Below, piece after piece: positions 1-10,278 of a stretch of DNA of 33,228 nt. The notes beneath the pieces were generated by a model that worked only from the letters and a program-made list of their open reading frames with translations, made no database searches and was not told where the DNA came from. The translations under genes were made by a program, and so were the position numbers. How positions within the stretch are numbered: the first letter of the stretch is position 1; each line of letters starts with the position of its first letter. This DNA comes from a virus (taxonomy: Duplodnaviria; Caudoviricetes). The DNA lies in the IMG/VR virus record IMGVR_UViG_3300042465_007555, positions 1-33,228 of that record; one strand, 5' to 3'.

Positions 1-127
1 AGCCGCCTTGCCATCAATGCGGCTCAAGACAAGATGTGAGCACCCCGTGAGCTCCTTCAAGATCACCATGACGGATGAGACGGGCAAGGCCGTTGCCACC
101 CTTGAGGCTTGCCTCCGGGGCGCGGGC
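1..127. repeat. Terminal direct repeat, copy 1 (circular assembly overlap)
   Basis: Bases 1-127 are identical to 33102-33228; the head-tail adaptor ends in, and the neck gene starts in, this shared segment. Confidence 0.95.
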
Positions 128-703
128 GATTGGAGCCCGTTTTGGGCGGGCAAGGATGGGCCTATTGCGGAGGCATGGGCCAACAGCCGCCGCGCCATGT
201 TCCTCACTCAAGGGCGCTCCACGGGCACCCCATGGCCCGACTACACCAAGCAAGAGCGCAAGTATTATGTGCCCGTCAAGAAATGGGTGCTGGGTGCCAC
301 CAAGGTCACCAAGCAACACCTCTTGCGGTGGGATAAGAGCGCGGGAGCTGAGCCCGGTGGCCAAGAGCGCCTCTTCCCCTCCATGGCGCTGACCACTCAC
401 AAGGAGTTCATCTACCGCGTGGATGGCAATGTGGCGACCATGGGCACCTCGGTTCCCTACGCCCGCAACCATAACCTTGGGCAGGGTGCATACAATCGCA
501 AGTGGAAGACCAAGCGGGGGGTCAAGGTGATCCAAGTGCCCACCCCCAAGCGGCCCCTGCTAGCCTTTGGGCGGCCCTTCATGTTGGCGGTGCGGAATGA
601 GCTCCAAAGGATTGCCATCAAGCAAGGGGGCAAGGTAGGGGTGACCTCGCAAGAGCTCCGGGAGCGGGCCAAGCTTGCGCGTGCGGTGCGGGGTCTCTCA
701 TGA
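47..703 (+). CDS. Virion morphogenesis / neck protein (Mu gpG / phage tail S-like)
   Basis: Motifs MGTSVPYARNHNLG and TPKRPLL resemble the GTNxxYAxxHxxG...PxRPFL signature; lies between adaptor and tail terminator. GTG start at 47 chosen because it follows the adaptor stop (33140, equivalent to position 39). Confidence 0.7.
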   Translation: MSSFKITMTDETGKAVATLEACLRGAGDWSPFWAGKDGPIAEAWANSRRAMFLTQGRSTGTPWPDYTKQERKYYVPVKKWVLGATKVTKQHLLRWDKSAGAEPGGQERLFPSMALTTHKEFIYRVDGNVATMGTSVPYARNHNLGQGAYNRKWKTKRGVKVIQVPTPKRPLLAFGRPFMLAVRNELQRIAIKQGGKVGVTSQELRERAKLARAVRGLS

Positions 704-1329
704 TAGCAGGATCGGCTAACGGCCCCCAAGTAGTGGCCAACACGGCCAAGGAGCTGGTGGTCGCCAATTGGGCGGTGGTGTGTGATGTGGATTGGCTCAA
801 GGCTATGGGTGCCCCCGGCCTTCCCGCCCCCGTAGCGGGCAACCTCTACACCTCGCACCGCGCCCTCTTCACGGCTGAGACCCAGCCCGCCATGGGGCTC
901 ACGGTGATCCGCACCGATGCCAAGATCACCGATGCCTTGGGGGCCATGGATCAAGTGCATGAGCTTGAGATCACGGTGACCTCCGATTGGGGCTACTATG
1001 ACGGGAGCACGGTCAAGCCGCTGGTGAAGGCCGCGCCCGGAGACCCCGCGATCAAGTTCACGGTGGAGGTCTATGAGACCGCCCTCCGCGCCTATGTGGA
1101 GGGGGTGGTGATGATTCTCACCAGCCCGGTCTACGGCTTCCCCAACTATGATGCCCGCAATGTGGGCACTCCGGGCTTTACCCCCACGGGGATCTTCAAT
1201 GCCTCACCAGCGGCGGGGGTCTCCCCATCCGACTTCGTGGTGGGCGTGGATGATGTGGGATCTTCTTTGATTCAACAGACCGTGCGGGCTACTATCCAAG
1301 TCTCCCAACGGCGCTCTCTCGCAAGGTGA
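700..1329 (+). CDS. Putative tail terminator / tail completion protein
   Basis: 209 aa, ATGA overlap with the upstream gene, directly before the tail tube gene; function by synteny. Confidence 0.55.
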   Translation: MIAGSANGPQVVANTAKELVVANWAVVCDVDWLKAMGAPGLPAPVAGNLYTSHRALFTAETQPAMGLTVIRTDAKITDALGAMDQVHELEITVTSDWGYYDGSTVKPLVKAAPGDPAIKFTVEVYETALRAYVEGVVMILTSPVYGFPNYDARNVGTPGFTPTGIFNASPAAGVSPSDFVVGVDDVGSSLIQQTVRATIQVSQRRSLAR

Positions 1330-1332
1330 TCC

Positions 1333-2418
1333 ATGGCTTCAACCGTTATCGCAAGCAACACAAGTGCGGTCTATGTTCAGACCCAAGCCTCGGTGGGCAC
1401 CGCCATTGCGGTGGGCTCCTTTGTGGCGGGAGATGCCATCCGCATGGTGGGGGCTCCCAAGTTTAGCCCCCGCGGTGCGGGCATCATTGAGCGCACTGAC
1501 ACCATGACCCCCTTTGGCGGTGGTCAAGCGGCGGTCACGGGCTCACGCGGGTGGGATATCACCTTTCAAACTGAGCTGTTTTGGGATGCTGCCACGGCGG
1601 GCGGCACGGTGCCCGCCATGCTCAACACCCAACTTGCGGCGCTCTTCCGGGCTACGCCCTTCTCCATTTCGGGCACCTCGCCCGACTTCACGCTCGCGGC
1701 TCAAGCGGCCTTTGCCACCACCACATGGGCAAGCGGCACCCCCGCCCGCTCCCCCGCCTATGCGGTGCAACCCTTCACAATCTACTATGTGGAGAGCTCG
1801 GGCAAACGCTATGCGGCCTTCGATTGCGTGGCGATCCCCAAGTTCTCGGCTGAGTATGGCCAGCGGGTGATGATTGATTGGACGGTGAAGGGCAAGTGGC
1901 TTGACCCGGATGCATACAACACCACCAGCGCGATCCCCGCCCCTACCTATCCCGCGGCGCAACCCCCGATCGTGGCGCTCAATTGCGCCCTCACCCTCAC
2001 GGGCTACTTTGCAGGGGTCACGGCCCTCACCAAGTGGACTTTCGACCCGGGCTTTGCCTTGGCGGATGTGGGCGATAGCAGGGAGGCCAACGGCTTTGGC
2101 ATCGGGCTCCCCACGCTGGCCACCTATCCCTCCCTTGAGGTGGATGTGGCTGACCTCCCGGAAGGCGCTTCGGCCACCCAAGCCCAGCCCGATTGGACTA
2201 AGGCCTCAAGCAATGAGGTCTTCGGCTCGGCTCTCACGCTGGTGGTCACGGTGGCCGCGGGTGACACCATCACCTTCTCCCTCACCAACCCGCAAGTGAT
2301 CGCGTGGCCCACGGTGGGAGAGACCGATGGGCACCGCTCCCTCACCCTCAAGTTTGGTGCCATCCCCGATGCCACCACTCCGAGCCCGGCCACCATTATC
2401 TTCAATGCGACGATCTAG
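1333..2418 (+). CDS. Major tail (tube) protein, non-contractile tail
   Basis: 361 aa, Ala/Thr/Gly-rich and beta-rich; followed by frameshifted chaperone and tape measure; no sheath gene seen. Confidence 0.75.
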   Translation: MASTVIASNTSAVYVQTQASVGTAIAVGSFVAGDAIRMVGAPKFSPRGAGIIERTDTMTPFGGGQAAVTGSRGWDITFQTELFWDAATAGGTVPAMLNTQLAALFRATPFSISGTSPDFTLAAQAAFATTTWASGTPARSPAYAVQPFTIYYVESSGKRYAAFDCVAIPKFSAEYGQRVMIDWTVKGKWLDPDAYNTTSAIPAPTYPAAQPPIVALNCALTLTGYFAGVTALTKWTFDPGFALADVGDSREANGFGIGLPTLATYPSLEVDVADLPEGASATQAQPDWTKASSNEVFGSALTLVVTVAAGDTITFSLTNPQVIAWPTVGETDGHRSLTLKFGAIPDATTPSPATIIFNATI

Positions 2419-2453
2419 GCCCATCTAGGGCGGTTCAAGGGAAGGAAGGCAAC

Positions 2454-2810
2454 ATGGCAATTGAGTTTGTGGAGAAACATTGGATCACGGTGGAGAGCAA
2501 GCGGGGCACTGCCCGCCTTTGCGTGCGGGAGCCCAACGCCCTTGAAGGGGCACGCTACCTTGGGGCCATCAATCGCTCCCGGGCACTCATGGAGACGGAT
2601 GAGGCCGCGGGCTTTGAGGCGCTCATGGAGACCCATGCGGGCCTCCTCACGGCTTGCATCACCAGCTCAGAGGATTGGAGCCCCGCCTTCCCCGGAGAGG
2701 GCAACACGGCGGAGCGGCGTGAGTGGGTGCTCCGCCTCCATTGGGAAGACCTTTCCAAGGTGGCCACGGCGGTGGCATCGGTGGGCTACCCAAAAACTTC
2801 CGCCGTGTAG
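2454..2810 (+). CDS. Tail assembly chaperone (gpG-like), 118 aa
   Basis: GGAAGGAAGG upstream of ATG 2454 (MAIEFVEK); between tube and tape measure; slippery site near the 3' end. Confidence 0.75.
   Translation: MAIEFVEKHWITVESKRGTARLCVREPNALEGARYLGAINRSRALMETDEAAGFEALMETHAGLLTACITSSEDWSPAFPGEGNTAERREWVLRLHWEDLSKVATAVASVGYPKTSAV
2789..2795 (+). other. Programmed -1 frameshift slippery heptamer C CCA AAA
   Basis: X XXY YYZ heptamer in the chaperone frame (TAC CCA AAA ACT); the -1 frame is open to 3199. Confidence 0.8.
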
Positions 2811-3199
2811 AGTGGCGCGACTATGCACGGCTGACCACCTCCCACGGCTTCCGCTGTTGGGAGTGCCCGGATGAGGTGCGGCACCAACGGGGTTGCACCG
2901 AGGGCTACACCCAAGACCTAGGCTTTGAGACCATGCCACCCAACCCCACCACTTGCCCCGTGCTGACCACCCCGCCCGCGGGGTTTTGGGAGGCGCACCG
3001 CATGGCCCGATGGATCGATCGCGGTAGCCCCGCGGTGGCCTTGGCGGAGGTTGGCACGGCCTCCCTTGACTTGGCGGAGTTCGTCTCGGCTGAGCTCAGA
3101 GAAGGGGTCAAGGCCTATGATGAGCGCAAGCGCAAGACCATGGAGCGCCTCTCCGCCATGACGGAAGGGCTTCGCATAGGAGGCAAGGGCCATGGCTGA
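2795..3199 (+). CDS. -1 frame extension of the tail chaperone (gpGT-like)
   Basis: ORF 2723..3199 is in the -1 frame relative to 2454..2810 and ends overlapping the tape measure start. Confidence 0.72.
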   Translation, partial: NFRRVEWRDYARLTTSHGFRCWECPDEVRHQRGCTEGYTQDLGFETMPPNPTTCPVLTTPPAGFWEAHRMARWIDRGSPAVALAEVGTASLDLAEFVSAELREGVKAYDERKRKTMERLSAMTEGLRIGGKGHG

Positions 3200-5012
3200 C
3201 ACGGTAGTAACAATTGGCGGAGATAGCACCGGGCTCCAAGGTGCCTTCAAGGATGCGGGCAAGAGTGCGGGCACCGTCAAGGTAGAGGCCAAGAAGCTCT
3301 CCGACCAACTCAAGGAGGTGGCGGATGATGCCGATAAGGCCGCGGGAGCCCTAGCTCAGAAGCTTGGCGGCCCCGGAGCCATCAAGGCGATCGCGGGGGT
3401 GGGCGCGGCCATGGGCATTGCCAAGGCGGGGGTGGAGGCCTTCCTTGATAGCAGTGAGAACCTCTTCAAGAGCTATGGCGACGAGGGGATGAAGGTTTGG
3501 GATGAGACCGAGAAGAGCCTCTTTGCCGTGAAGGGAGCCTTTGCGGAGGCGGTGCTAGGCGGCGGCTCCTTGGAGGAGATGGGTGCCCGCCTCAAGGGGA
3601 TGTTTGAGGCCGTGAAGCGGGTCTTGGACGGCATCCTCCTCCCCATCAAGCTGGTGACGGCGGCCTTCTATGACAACGCGGAAGGCTCGGAGGCTGCCCG
3701 CAAGGGGCTCAAGGATTATGATGAGGCCTTGGAGCGATCCAAGAAGAGCTCCAAAGACTTGGCGGATCAAACCAACACCCTCACCCAAGAGATATGGGCG
3801 CTCACGGGCCAAACCGACAAGCTCAACAGCGCCAATGATGAGGCCACCCGGTCACGCATCATGAATGCGATCGCGGGCATCAATGCGGAGGAGTTGGCCC
3901 AAGACCAACGCATTGCCTTGGGCGTGCAACAGGCCAACATGGCCAAAGATCGCGATCGCGCTTTGACCGATGCCGTTGCGCAAAGTGGTCGCCTCGACCG
4001 TGAGGGAAGGGCGCTAGCCGACAAGCTTACGGCTCAATACCAGCAAGAGAGCTATGACAAGGCGCTTGCCGCCCAATCCCGCACTTGGAATGCGGAGCGC
4101 AAGTTAGCCCTTGAGCAGCAGACCCAAAACCTTGCCGATCTTGCCGCCTACATCAAGAAGCGGGAGGAGGAGGCCAAGAAGGCCAACAAGCCACAACCCA
4201 AGGCCCGCACCGTGGCCGCCGAACCCGAGGGTGAGGAGGATCCAATAGCCTTTGCCCGGATGTATGGGGGGGCGCTTCAAGAGCTCACGGCGGAATCGGT
4301 GGCGGCCATCCAAGCAAGTGAAGTCGCCTATGGGGAGAGCACTACCAGCATCATCACCACCACCAAGAGCAAGCTTGAGACCATGCTTGCGGAGAATGCG
4401 GCGGCCAATGCCAAGCTGGTGGCGGATGAGATCGCTACCGCTGACAAGATCGCCAAGGAGAAGGCCCGGAGAGCGGAAGAGGATGCTCAGATCGTCGCGG
4501 CCCGGAGCGCCATGGCCATCCAATTTGAGATCGATGAGTTCAATCGCAAGAAGGCTCTGAGAGAGCAAGCGGCGGCGGAGGAGGCGGCCTCATGGGCCAA
4601 GCTCAAGGGTGACCTCTACACCCTCACGGTCAACAATAGCGCCAAGATGCTGGCCGTTGACCTCCAAGACAAGGAGAAGAGCAAGACCGCGGCGCAACGG
4701 GCCACGGCGGCGGTGATCCAAGGCCTTGGAGATATGGCCATGGTGAAGAGCGGCCTTGCGGCGGCGGCGGGTAACTTTGCGGAGGCCGCGGGCTTCTCGG
4801 TGGTGGGCACCCTTGCCTATGGCATAGCGGCCAAGCTGGCCCCATCGGAGAAGACCAAGACCACCGCTCCCGCGGCGGCCACGGGTGGAGGCGGTGGCAC
4901 CACCAACACCAGCTACAACTTGCGTGTTGACGCGGCCTTTGCCGATGGGGAGAGTGTTGCCCGCCGCTTTGCGGAGATGCAACAGGGAGCCCAACGGCGG
5001 GGCTTGATCTAG
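3192..5012 (+). CDS. Tape measure protein (606 aa)
   Basis: Ala/Lys/Glu-rich helical sequence, typical N-terminus (VVTIGGDSTGLQGAFK) and C-terminus (GGGGGTTNTSYNLRVD); follows the chaperone. Confidence 0.85.
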   Translation: MADTVVTIGGDSTGLQGAFKDAGKSAGTVKVEAKKLSDQLKEVADDADKAAGALAQKLGGPGAIKAIAGVGAAMGIAKAGVEAFLDSSENLFKSYGDEGMKVWDETEKSLFAVKGAFAEAVLGGGSLEEMGARLKGMFEAVKRVLDGILLPIKLVTAAFYDNAEGSEAARKGLKDYDEALERSKKSSKDLADQTNTLTQEIWALTGQTDKLNSANDEATRSRIMNAIAGINAEELAQDQRIALGVQQANMAKDRDRALTDAVAQSGRLDREGRALADKLTAQYQQESYDKALAAQSRTWNAERKLALEQQTQNLADLAAYIKKREEEAKKANKPQPKARTVAAEPEGEEDPIAFARMYGGALQELTAESVAAIQASEVAYGESTTSIITTTKSKLETMLAENAAANAKLVADEIATADKIAKEKARRAEEDAQIVAARSAMAIQFEIDEFNRKKALREQAAAEEAASWAKLKGDLYTLTVNNSAKMLAVDLQDKEKSKTAAQRATAAVIQGLGDMAMVKSGLAAAAGNFAEAAGFSVVGTLAYGIAAKLAPSEKTKTTAPAAATGGGGGTTNTSYNLRVDAAFADGESVARRFAEMQQGAQRRGLI

Positions 5013-5024
5013 GAGACCTCTACC

Positions 5025-5885
5025 ATGGCCAACTTCCCCCTAGTCACATGGCCCATCACCCTCACGGGGGTCACGGTGAGCTACAACAGCGGCGGCCCCT
5101 ATGATGTGGATGATGTGACGGGCTACGGCTTTGGCGTGAGCTCTACCTCCACCAAGGTGGCCAGCGTGGATGTGGGCGGGATCGTGGGCTCCATTGTGGG
5201 CAACTTTGTGGCGGCGGCCAACACGGCCATCCCCGCGGTTGACCCCCTCTCCGCCACCTATGCCTACTCCGATGGCACGGCCCCCGCTCTTGGCCCTCTC
5301 AAGGCCTCAATCTTGGCCACGGGCAACCCGGTCACCGTTGACTTTGGCTCGGTGGAGATGGCCTCCCGGTTGGGCTACTCCACGCAAGTGGTGACCTTGA
5401 CCACCGTTGGATTGAACCTCACCCCCTACAATGTGGGCGGGGTGTGGATGCCCAACGGAGTGGCCGGGGATGTGCGGCGCTACCTCACCCAACGGGCCGC
5501 GGCCTCTTCCAATGAGATGAGCGGGCTGGCCACCGATGTGGTCAATTGGGGCCAGATCGTAGACCTTGAGCTCATGAGCTCCGCCTTCTATGCGGCCAAT
5601 GTGGCCCGCTACTTTGCGGCCACTCAGATCTACGCCACGGCGGCGGGGCGGCAAGTGGCCGATCCCAACAACACCTTGGAGGGGATGGTGGAGGCCGCGG
5701 CCACGGGGGTGCTCTTCCGCCTCTACCGTGAGGCCGCCACGGCGGAGGGCACCACTCCGGGCTACTACCAGAGCGCCAAGATGCCCGCGGTAGCGCAGCA
5801 GGGCAAGGCGGTGGATATGGTGGCGGCCTTGGATGAGCCCCGCCTTTGGAATAGCAGCGGCATCTTCTTCCGGGCGACCCAATGA
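5025..5885 (+). CDS. Tail tip protein (distal-tail position)
   Basis: 286 aa, AGGAG RBS, immediately after the tape measure. Confidence 0.55.
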   Translation: MANFPLVTWPITLTGVTVSYNSGGPYDVDDVTGYGFGVSSTSTKVASVDVGGIVGSIVGNFVAAANTAIPAVDPLSATYAYSDGTAPALGPLKASILATGNPVTVDFGSVEMASRLGYSTQVVTLTTVGLNLTPYNVGGVWMPNGVAGDVRRYLTQRAAASSNEMSGLATDVVNWGQIVDLELMSSAFYAANVARYFAATQIYATAAGRQVADPNNTLEGMVEAAATGVLFRLYREAATAEGTTPGYYQSAKMPAVAQQGKAVDMVAALDEPRLWNSSGIFFRATQ

Positions 5886-8413
5886 GCGATCGCATTATCT
5901 TGATCCGGGTGTTGGGCTTGGGCTCTTTGCTCACCAATGCCCAAATGGTCTTCACCTCACGGGGCACTCTCCCCTATCTCGACCCCGCGGCCACCTTGCC
6001 GGGGGTGGTTTCGGACTTGGGAGATCAGTTCTCCTCTGAGATCGGCTTCTTTGAGAGCATGGGGAGCGACCCCTCCACCAGCTTCTCGGTGATCTCCACG
6101 GCGGAGACCCGCGCCGCTTTCTTGGGGCGCCGCAAGGTGGCGGTCTTGGATGTGAACGGTGCACCCGTGGTCACCACCGCCTATGTGCCCCCGCTCTTTG
6201 TGTCGGTGCCCATCGGAGTGAGTGACACCCACTCCATGTTTGTGGGCCAGCTGATCCGCATTGGCACCATAGCTTGGGAGGTGACCAATGTGTTGGATGC
6301 CACCAACATCCGCGCCCGCCGCATTTGGGGCTCACCCCGCACGCCCATCCCCATGATCCTAGCAGGGGAAGAGGCCGTGGGCATGGTGGTCTATAATCCC
6401 ACGCTCTCCACGGGCAATGTGGAGGGCTTGCCCATTGTGGTGAGCACGGCGGAGGTCACGGCCACCAGCCGCTCGGAGGAGGAGGTGATCTTCCGCGGGC
6501 AGATCACGCGGGTGGGGGTAGAGACCTCACGCGGGGCGAGTAACCAGATCACGGTGCAATGTGGGAGCCTCATGGGCTACCTCCGCAACGCCCCCTTCCG
6601 CCCTCCGATAGCTTCCACGGCCTCCCTCTTGGCAGGGGCCAATGCCTTTGACCCCAATTCCCTTGACACCTCACGCACGGGCTCAATCGCGCAACTCACG
6701 GTTGGCATCAATACCGGGGTCTATGGGGTGCCAACATGGGCGCAACCGGGAGCGGAGCCCGTGGAGGGGGATGAATACAAGACCTCAATGAGGGCGTGGC
6801 AGATCCGAGATGGCGGGCGGGGGGTAGTGATCCCATTTGCAACGGATTTTGGGGGCTTGCCCGTGCCCATCACGGTGGAGGGTGAGGTTGCCACTCTGCA
6901 ATTTAGTGGGTGGCGCAACTATTTGAGTGATATCTACTTCGGTGCCCCTTGGATCTGGGTCTTCGATTCCACCTATTACACCCCCAACGGCTCAAGCCCC
7001 TTGACCGATAGCATGGTGACCAACGGCGTGGATGAGGGCGTGAGGTTTTCAGATCGCAACTTCTACCAAGTGACCGCGGTGTGTGAGAGCTCCTTTGTGG
7101 GCTCCACTACCTCCACCGCCGTCAACCTCATCACGGATCTCCTCTTTGGCTTTGTGGATGGCACCAATGGCAACTATGGCAATCGCGGGGCCACTGAGGC
7201 CGCTTGGTTGCCCTATGCCGCGGATGAGCCCGACTTGTCTTGGGGGCTGGTGGATCGCCCCTCCCTCCGGGCGTTGCTCCAAGGCCGTGAGGATGTATTC
7301 CCTAGCAGCGCGGGATCCGATATTGAAGGGGCGCAAAACCTCCGCGTGCTCCCCTATGATGCGGGCAACGCCAAGACCGTGGGGGATGTGCTCGGCCTCA
7401 TCCTCAAGCGGCTTGGCGGCTTCATGGTCTATGACCGGGGCAAACTCCGCTTTGGCTCATGGGCGGTCAACAATCCGATCCCCACCGTGGTGGATGATGA
7501 TGCCTTGGCGGAGCCCGCGATCTCCTTGGACTTTGACCGCACCGCTTGCCTCCAAACGGTGGAGGTGGAGGTTGGGGTCTACCGTTGGCGGAATGATTCG
7601 GGCTCGGATGCCCGGAGCACCATCAAGCGTCCGGTGACCAACCTTGACCTTGGCGCGGCGGGCATTGGCAAGACCACTCAGATGGGCAGCTTTACGGCGT
7701 GGAATGAAGGGGCCACGGTGGTCAACAACTTTATCCTTGGCAGCTCATGGTTTGCCAATGCCAACCAAGCGATCGTGCGATACTCCCAACCCGCTGCCAA
7801 GGTGGTGGTCACCTATCGCAATGAGGTCTCCGATCTGGTGGTGGGTGAGACCGTGGCCTTCTCCACGGCCTATCTCCCAAGCGCCACGGGTGAGATGGGG
7901 GTGGCGCTGGCCACCGGGATCGTGCTCAAGGCGGCCCGCTCATGGAAGACCCCCACCACTGAGTATAGCCTTCTTCTCTTTGGCTATGTGGGGGCCAGCG
8001 CCTCCAAGGTGCCCCTCATTGGAGCCTCGGCCCGTTGCACGGGGGTCGTCACGGGCAGTGATGTGGAGGTGGAGCCCGTTTGGTTCACCCGCGGATCCTC
8101 CGCCACGGGCGGGGCTCCCACCTCCGATGTGGCGGCCTTCGCCCAAACGGCTCTCTTGGCGGGCACTTCCTATGTGGCCGTTGTGCTCCTTGATGCCAAT
8201 GGCACCGAGGTGGGCGGCATTACTGACGCGGCCACGCCCTTGGTGGCAACCAATGAGCTCCGCTTCCCCGGGCCGCCTTTCCTTGGCACCACCATCCTCC
8301 CGGGCTATGTGATCACCTTGACAATCTTCCCTCAAGGGTGGGATGCCTTGCAAGCGGCCTCCGATGGCACGGTCTCGGGTGAGGCGGCCTTGGCCTTCCC
8401 GTGGGTGACCTAA
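5882..8413 (+). CDS. Large tail tip / baseplate hub protein
   Basis: 843 aa, ATGA-coupled; hub-like segments (VIFRGQITRVG...ITVQCGSLMGYL; ILKRLGGFMVYDRGKLRF). Confidence 0.6.
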   Translation: MSDRIILIRVLGLGSLLTNAQMVFTSRGTLPYLDPAATLPGVVSDLGDQFSSEIGFFESMGSDPSTSFSVISTAETRAAFLGRRKVAVLDVNGAPVVTTAYVPPLFVSVPIGVSDTHSMFVGQLIRIGTIAWEVTNVLDATNIRARRIWGSPRTPIPMILAGEEAVGMVVYNPTLSTGNVEGLPIVVSTAEVTATSRSEEEVIFRGQITRVGVETSRGASNQITVQCGSLMGYLRNAPFRPPIASTASLLAGANAFDPNSLDTSRTGSIAQLTVGINTGVYGVPTWAQPGAEPVEGDEYKTSMRAWQIRDGGRGVVIPFATDFGGLPVPITVEGEVATLQFSGWRNYLSDIYFGAPWIWVFDSTYYTPNGSSPLTDSMVTNGVDEGVRFSDRNFYQVTAVCESSFVGSTTSTAVNLITDLLFGFVDGTNGNYGNRGATEAAWLPYAADEPDLSWGLVDRPSLRALLQGREDVFPSSAGSDIEGAQNLRVLPYDAGNAKTVGDVLGLILKRLGGFMVYDRGKLRFGSWAVNNPIPTVVDDDALAEPAISLDFDRTACLQTVEVEVGVYRWRNDSGSDARSTIKRPVTNLDLGAAGIGKTTQMGSFTAWNEGATVVNNFILGSSWFANANQAIVRYSQPAAKVVVTYRNEVSDLVVGETVAFSTAYLPSATGEMGVALATGIVLKAARSWKTPTTEYSLLLFGYVGASASKVPLIGASARCTGVVTGSDVEVEPVWFTRGSSATGGAPTSDVAAFAQTALLAGTSYVAVVLLDANGTEVGGITDAATPLVATNELRFPGPPFLGTTILPGYVITLTIFPQGWDALQAASDGTVSGEAALAFPWVT

Positions 8414-9801
8414 TGGCATGGAGCAAGCTAGACGAGGATCGGGCGGCGGGGAATGAGCCTTGGAGCGCCTTCTTGCTCAAGGGGCTCACTGACAATGTGA
8501 ACGCCTATGCGGGCGAGCTGGCCCCGGGCTTTGCCGCCGCATGGAGTTACCAGCATCCGCCCAAGTGGGCCTCTTTGGCCGACTTTACGGGCACCACCGT
8601 GGTCTTCAATTGCGGGCGCAAAGCTACCTCGGTCTCCTTTGCCCTCAACTTCAACCATCATTCCACGCTTGATGGCTATGTGCGGATCGTGCACCCGGCC
8701 TCGGCCAGCTTTGGCGGTGCGGAGATCCCCGCGGGCACCAATGACTACATTGTGAGTTTTGACCTCACCACCCCGCAAAGCGGCCCCCAAGAGTTTCAAG
8801 TACTCTATCGGAGCTCAGTGGCGGAGGAGAGCCTTGGGCACTTCCATTGCTTCACGGCCATCGGCAACCAGATCGCGGTGCGCAATGGCACCCTCAATGT
8901 GGCGGCCAACGCGGGGCGGCAATTTTGGGCGGTGCAACTTGCGGGCTCCAATGTGGACGCGGGCGCACCCATCCCTCCGGGTGGCTTCCACCAATACCAG
9001 ATCGGACGGGTCAACCCCCTCGCCAATGCGGGCGGCGGCCAGCACGCCGATGGCTACCTCATCACTTGGCCCGATGTGGAGACCAACCCCCCGATCCTCC
9101 GCTCCACTTCCACCTTTGTGCAACAAGCCCCCAACTATGTGCAGGGAGATATCTTTGAGCTCTCTTGGATCTCGCTCCTTGGGGTGGGCTTCAGAGTGAC
9201 GGGCAATGTGGCCTCCGAGGTGCCCATGGTCTATGCTCACGACCTAGCCCAATCGGTGGCGGGCATCCCAAGGTGTCAACGGCTCTTTGCGGGCAACAGC
9301 CTCATCCAAGTGGCGGCCTCGGCCTCCAAGGATGAGGGCTTCTTGGGGTGCATAGTCGGCCCGGAGGCTCCGCTTCTAAAGTTCTATGCGGCGGATGAGG
9401 AGGGCACGGTCAACCTCACCCTCCGCTTCCGCGCCTTGCTCTATGCTCCCACCTTTACCCCTCCCACTTGCACCATCTCAGTGGTGGAGATCTTTGCCGG
9501 GCCAACCTTCAATCCTCTTTTGAGCTTTGATCTTGGCATCCTTGCAATCCCCTTGATGCGGCCTCGAAGCTCCTTTGAGCAGCGGGGGTTTTGCACGCTG
9601 GCCATCAATGGGGTCAACTTTGGAGCGGATGAGTGGGGCATGGCCGATGCAAGCTTTAGCGACGATCTCACCAGCCCGCCGATCATTGAGCAAACGCTCC
9701 GCTTCCCCGTGTCAAAGGTGGGCGGGGGTGCGATCTATGCCATCCAAGTGGACTTCACCTCGGAGGTCTACGTGGCCTCCTTCTACCTTGGCGGAGCCTA
9801 G
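8413..9801 (+). CDS. Tail-associated structural protein, possible receptor-binding protein
   Basis: TAATG overlap gives ATG at 8413 (MAWSKL); beta-rich, 462 aa, in the tail-tip module. Confidence 0.5.
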   Translation: MAWSKLDEDRAAGNEPWSAFLLKGLTDNVNAYAGELAPGFAAAWSYQHPPKWASLADFTGTTVVFNCGRKATSVSFALNFNHHSTLDGYVRIVHPASASFGGAEIPAGTNDYIVSFDLTTPQSGPQEFQVLYRSSVAEESLGHFHCFTAIGNQIAVRNGTLNVAANAGRQFWAVQLAGSNVDAGAPIPPGGFHQYQIGRVNPLANAGGGQHADGYLITWPDVETNPPILRSTSTFVQQAPNYVQGDIFELSWISLLGVGFRVTGNVASEVPMVYAHDLAQSVAGIPRCQRLFAGNSLIQVAASASKDEGFLGCIVGPEAPLLKFYAADEEGTVNLTLRFRALLYAPTFTPPTCTISVVEIFAGPTFNPLLSFDLGILAIPLMRPRSSFEQRGFCTLAINGVNFGADEWGMADASFSDDLTSPPIIEQTLRFPVSKVGGGAIYAIQVDFTSEVYVASFYLGGA

Positions 9802-9804
9802 CCC

Positions 9805-10263
9805 ATGGCCTTCACCGTTCCCAACACCCTGCCCGACCCTCCCGCCTATGGGCTGCCCCCCAATGTGATCCGGGCAAGCTACGCCCTCAACCTCATCCAA
9901 ACCGATGCCTTCCAATTCGCCACCTCGCGGCGGAAGGTGTGCAACCTCTTCCAGATCTCACCCTTGCCCGCGGGCTCGTGGCAACGGGTGGCGGAGTTTC
10001 TCTTCTACCCCCTCCCCACCGCGGCGGGCTCCTTGGAGATCGTCCTTTACAGTGAGGCGGTGGATGTGAAGATCTCCAATCTCACGGCGGGCGGGGATGT
10101 GACCCTTGGAGGGAGCGGCGCGGTGGATGTGCACATGGGCACTCTCACGGGGATCACCAGCGCGGCAACATTGATCCGGGTAGCGGTCACCGATCGGGGC
10201 TCTGGTTACATTGCGGGCCTCTTCATCTATGAATCCTCCCTCACGGCGGGCGACCTCCCCTAA
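9805..10263 (+). CDS. Small tail-associated beta-rich protein
   Basis: 152 aa, starts 3 nt after the previous stop; last gene of the tail module. Confidence 0.5.
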   Translation: MAFTVPNTLPDPPAYGLPPNVIRASYALNLIQTDAFQFATSRRKVCNLFQISPLPAGSWQRVAEFLFYPLPTAAGSLEIVLYSEAVDVKISNLTAGGDVTLGGSGAVDVHMGTLTGITSAATLIRVAVTDRGSGYIAGLFIYESSLTAGDLP

Positions 10264-10278
10264 CCCTCAAGGCAACCC

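Noticed and set aside
5882-10263. Diversity-generating retroelement or invertible tail-fibre cassette
   Set aside because: No reverse transcriptase, invertase or template/variable repeat pair seen.
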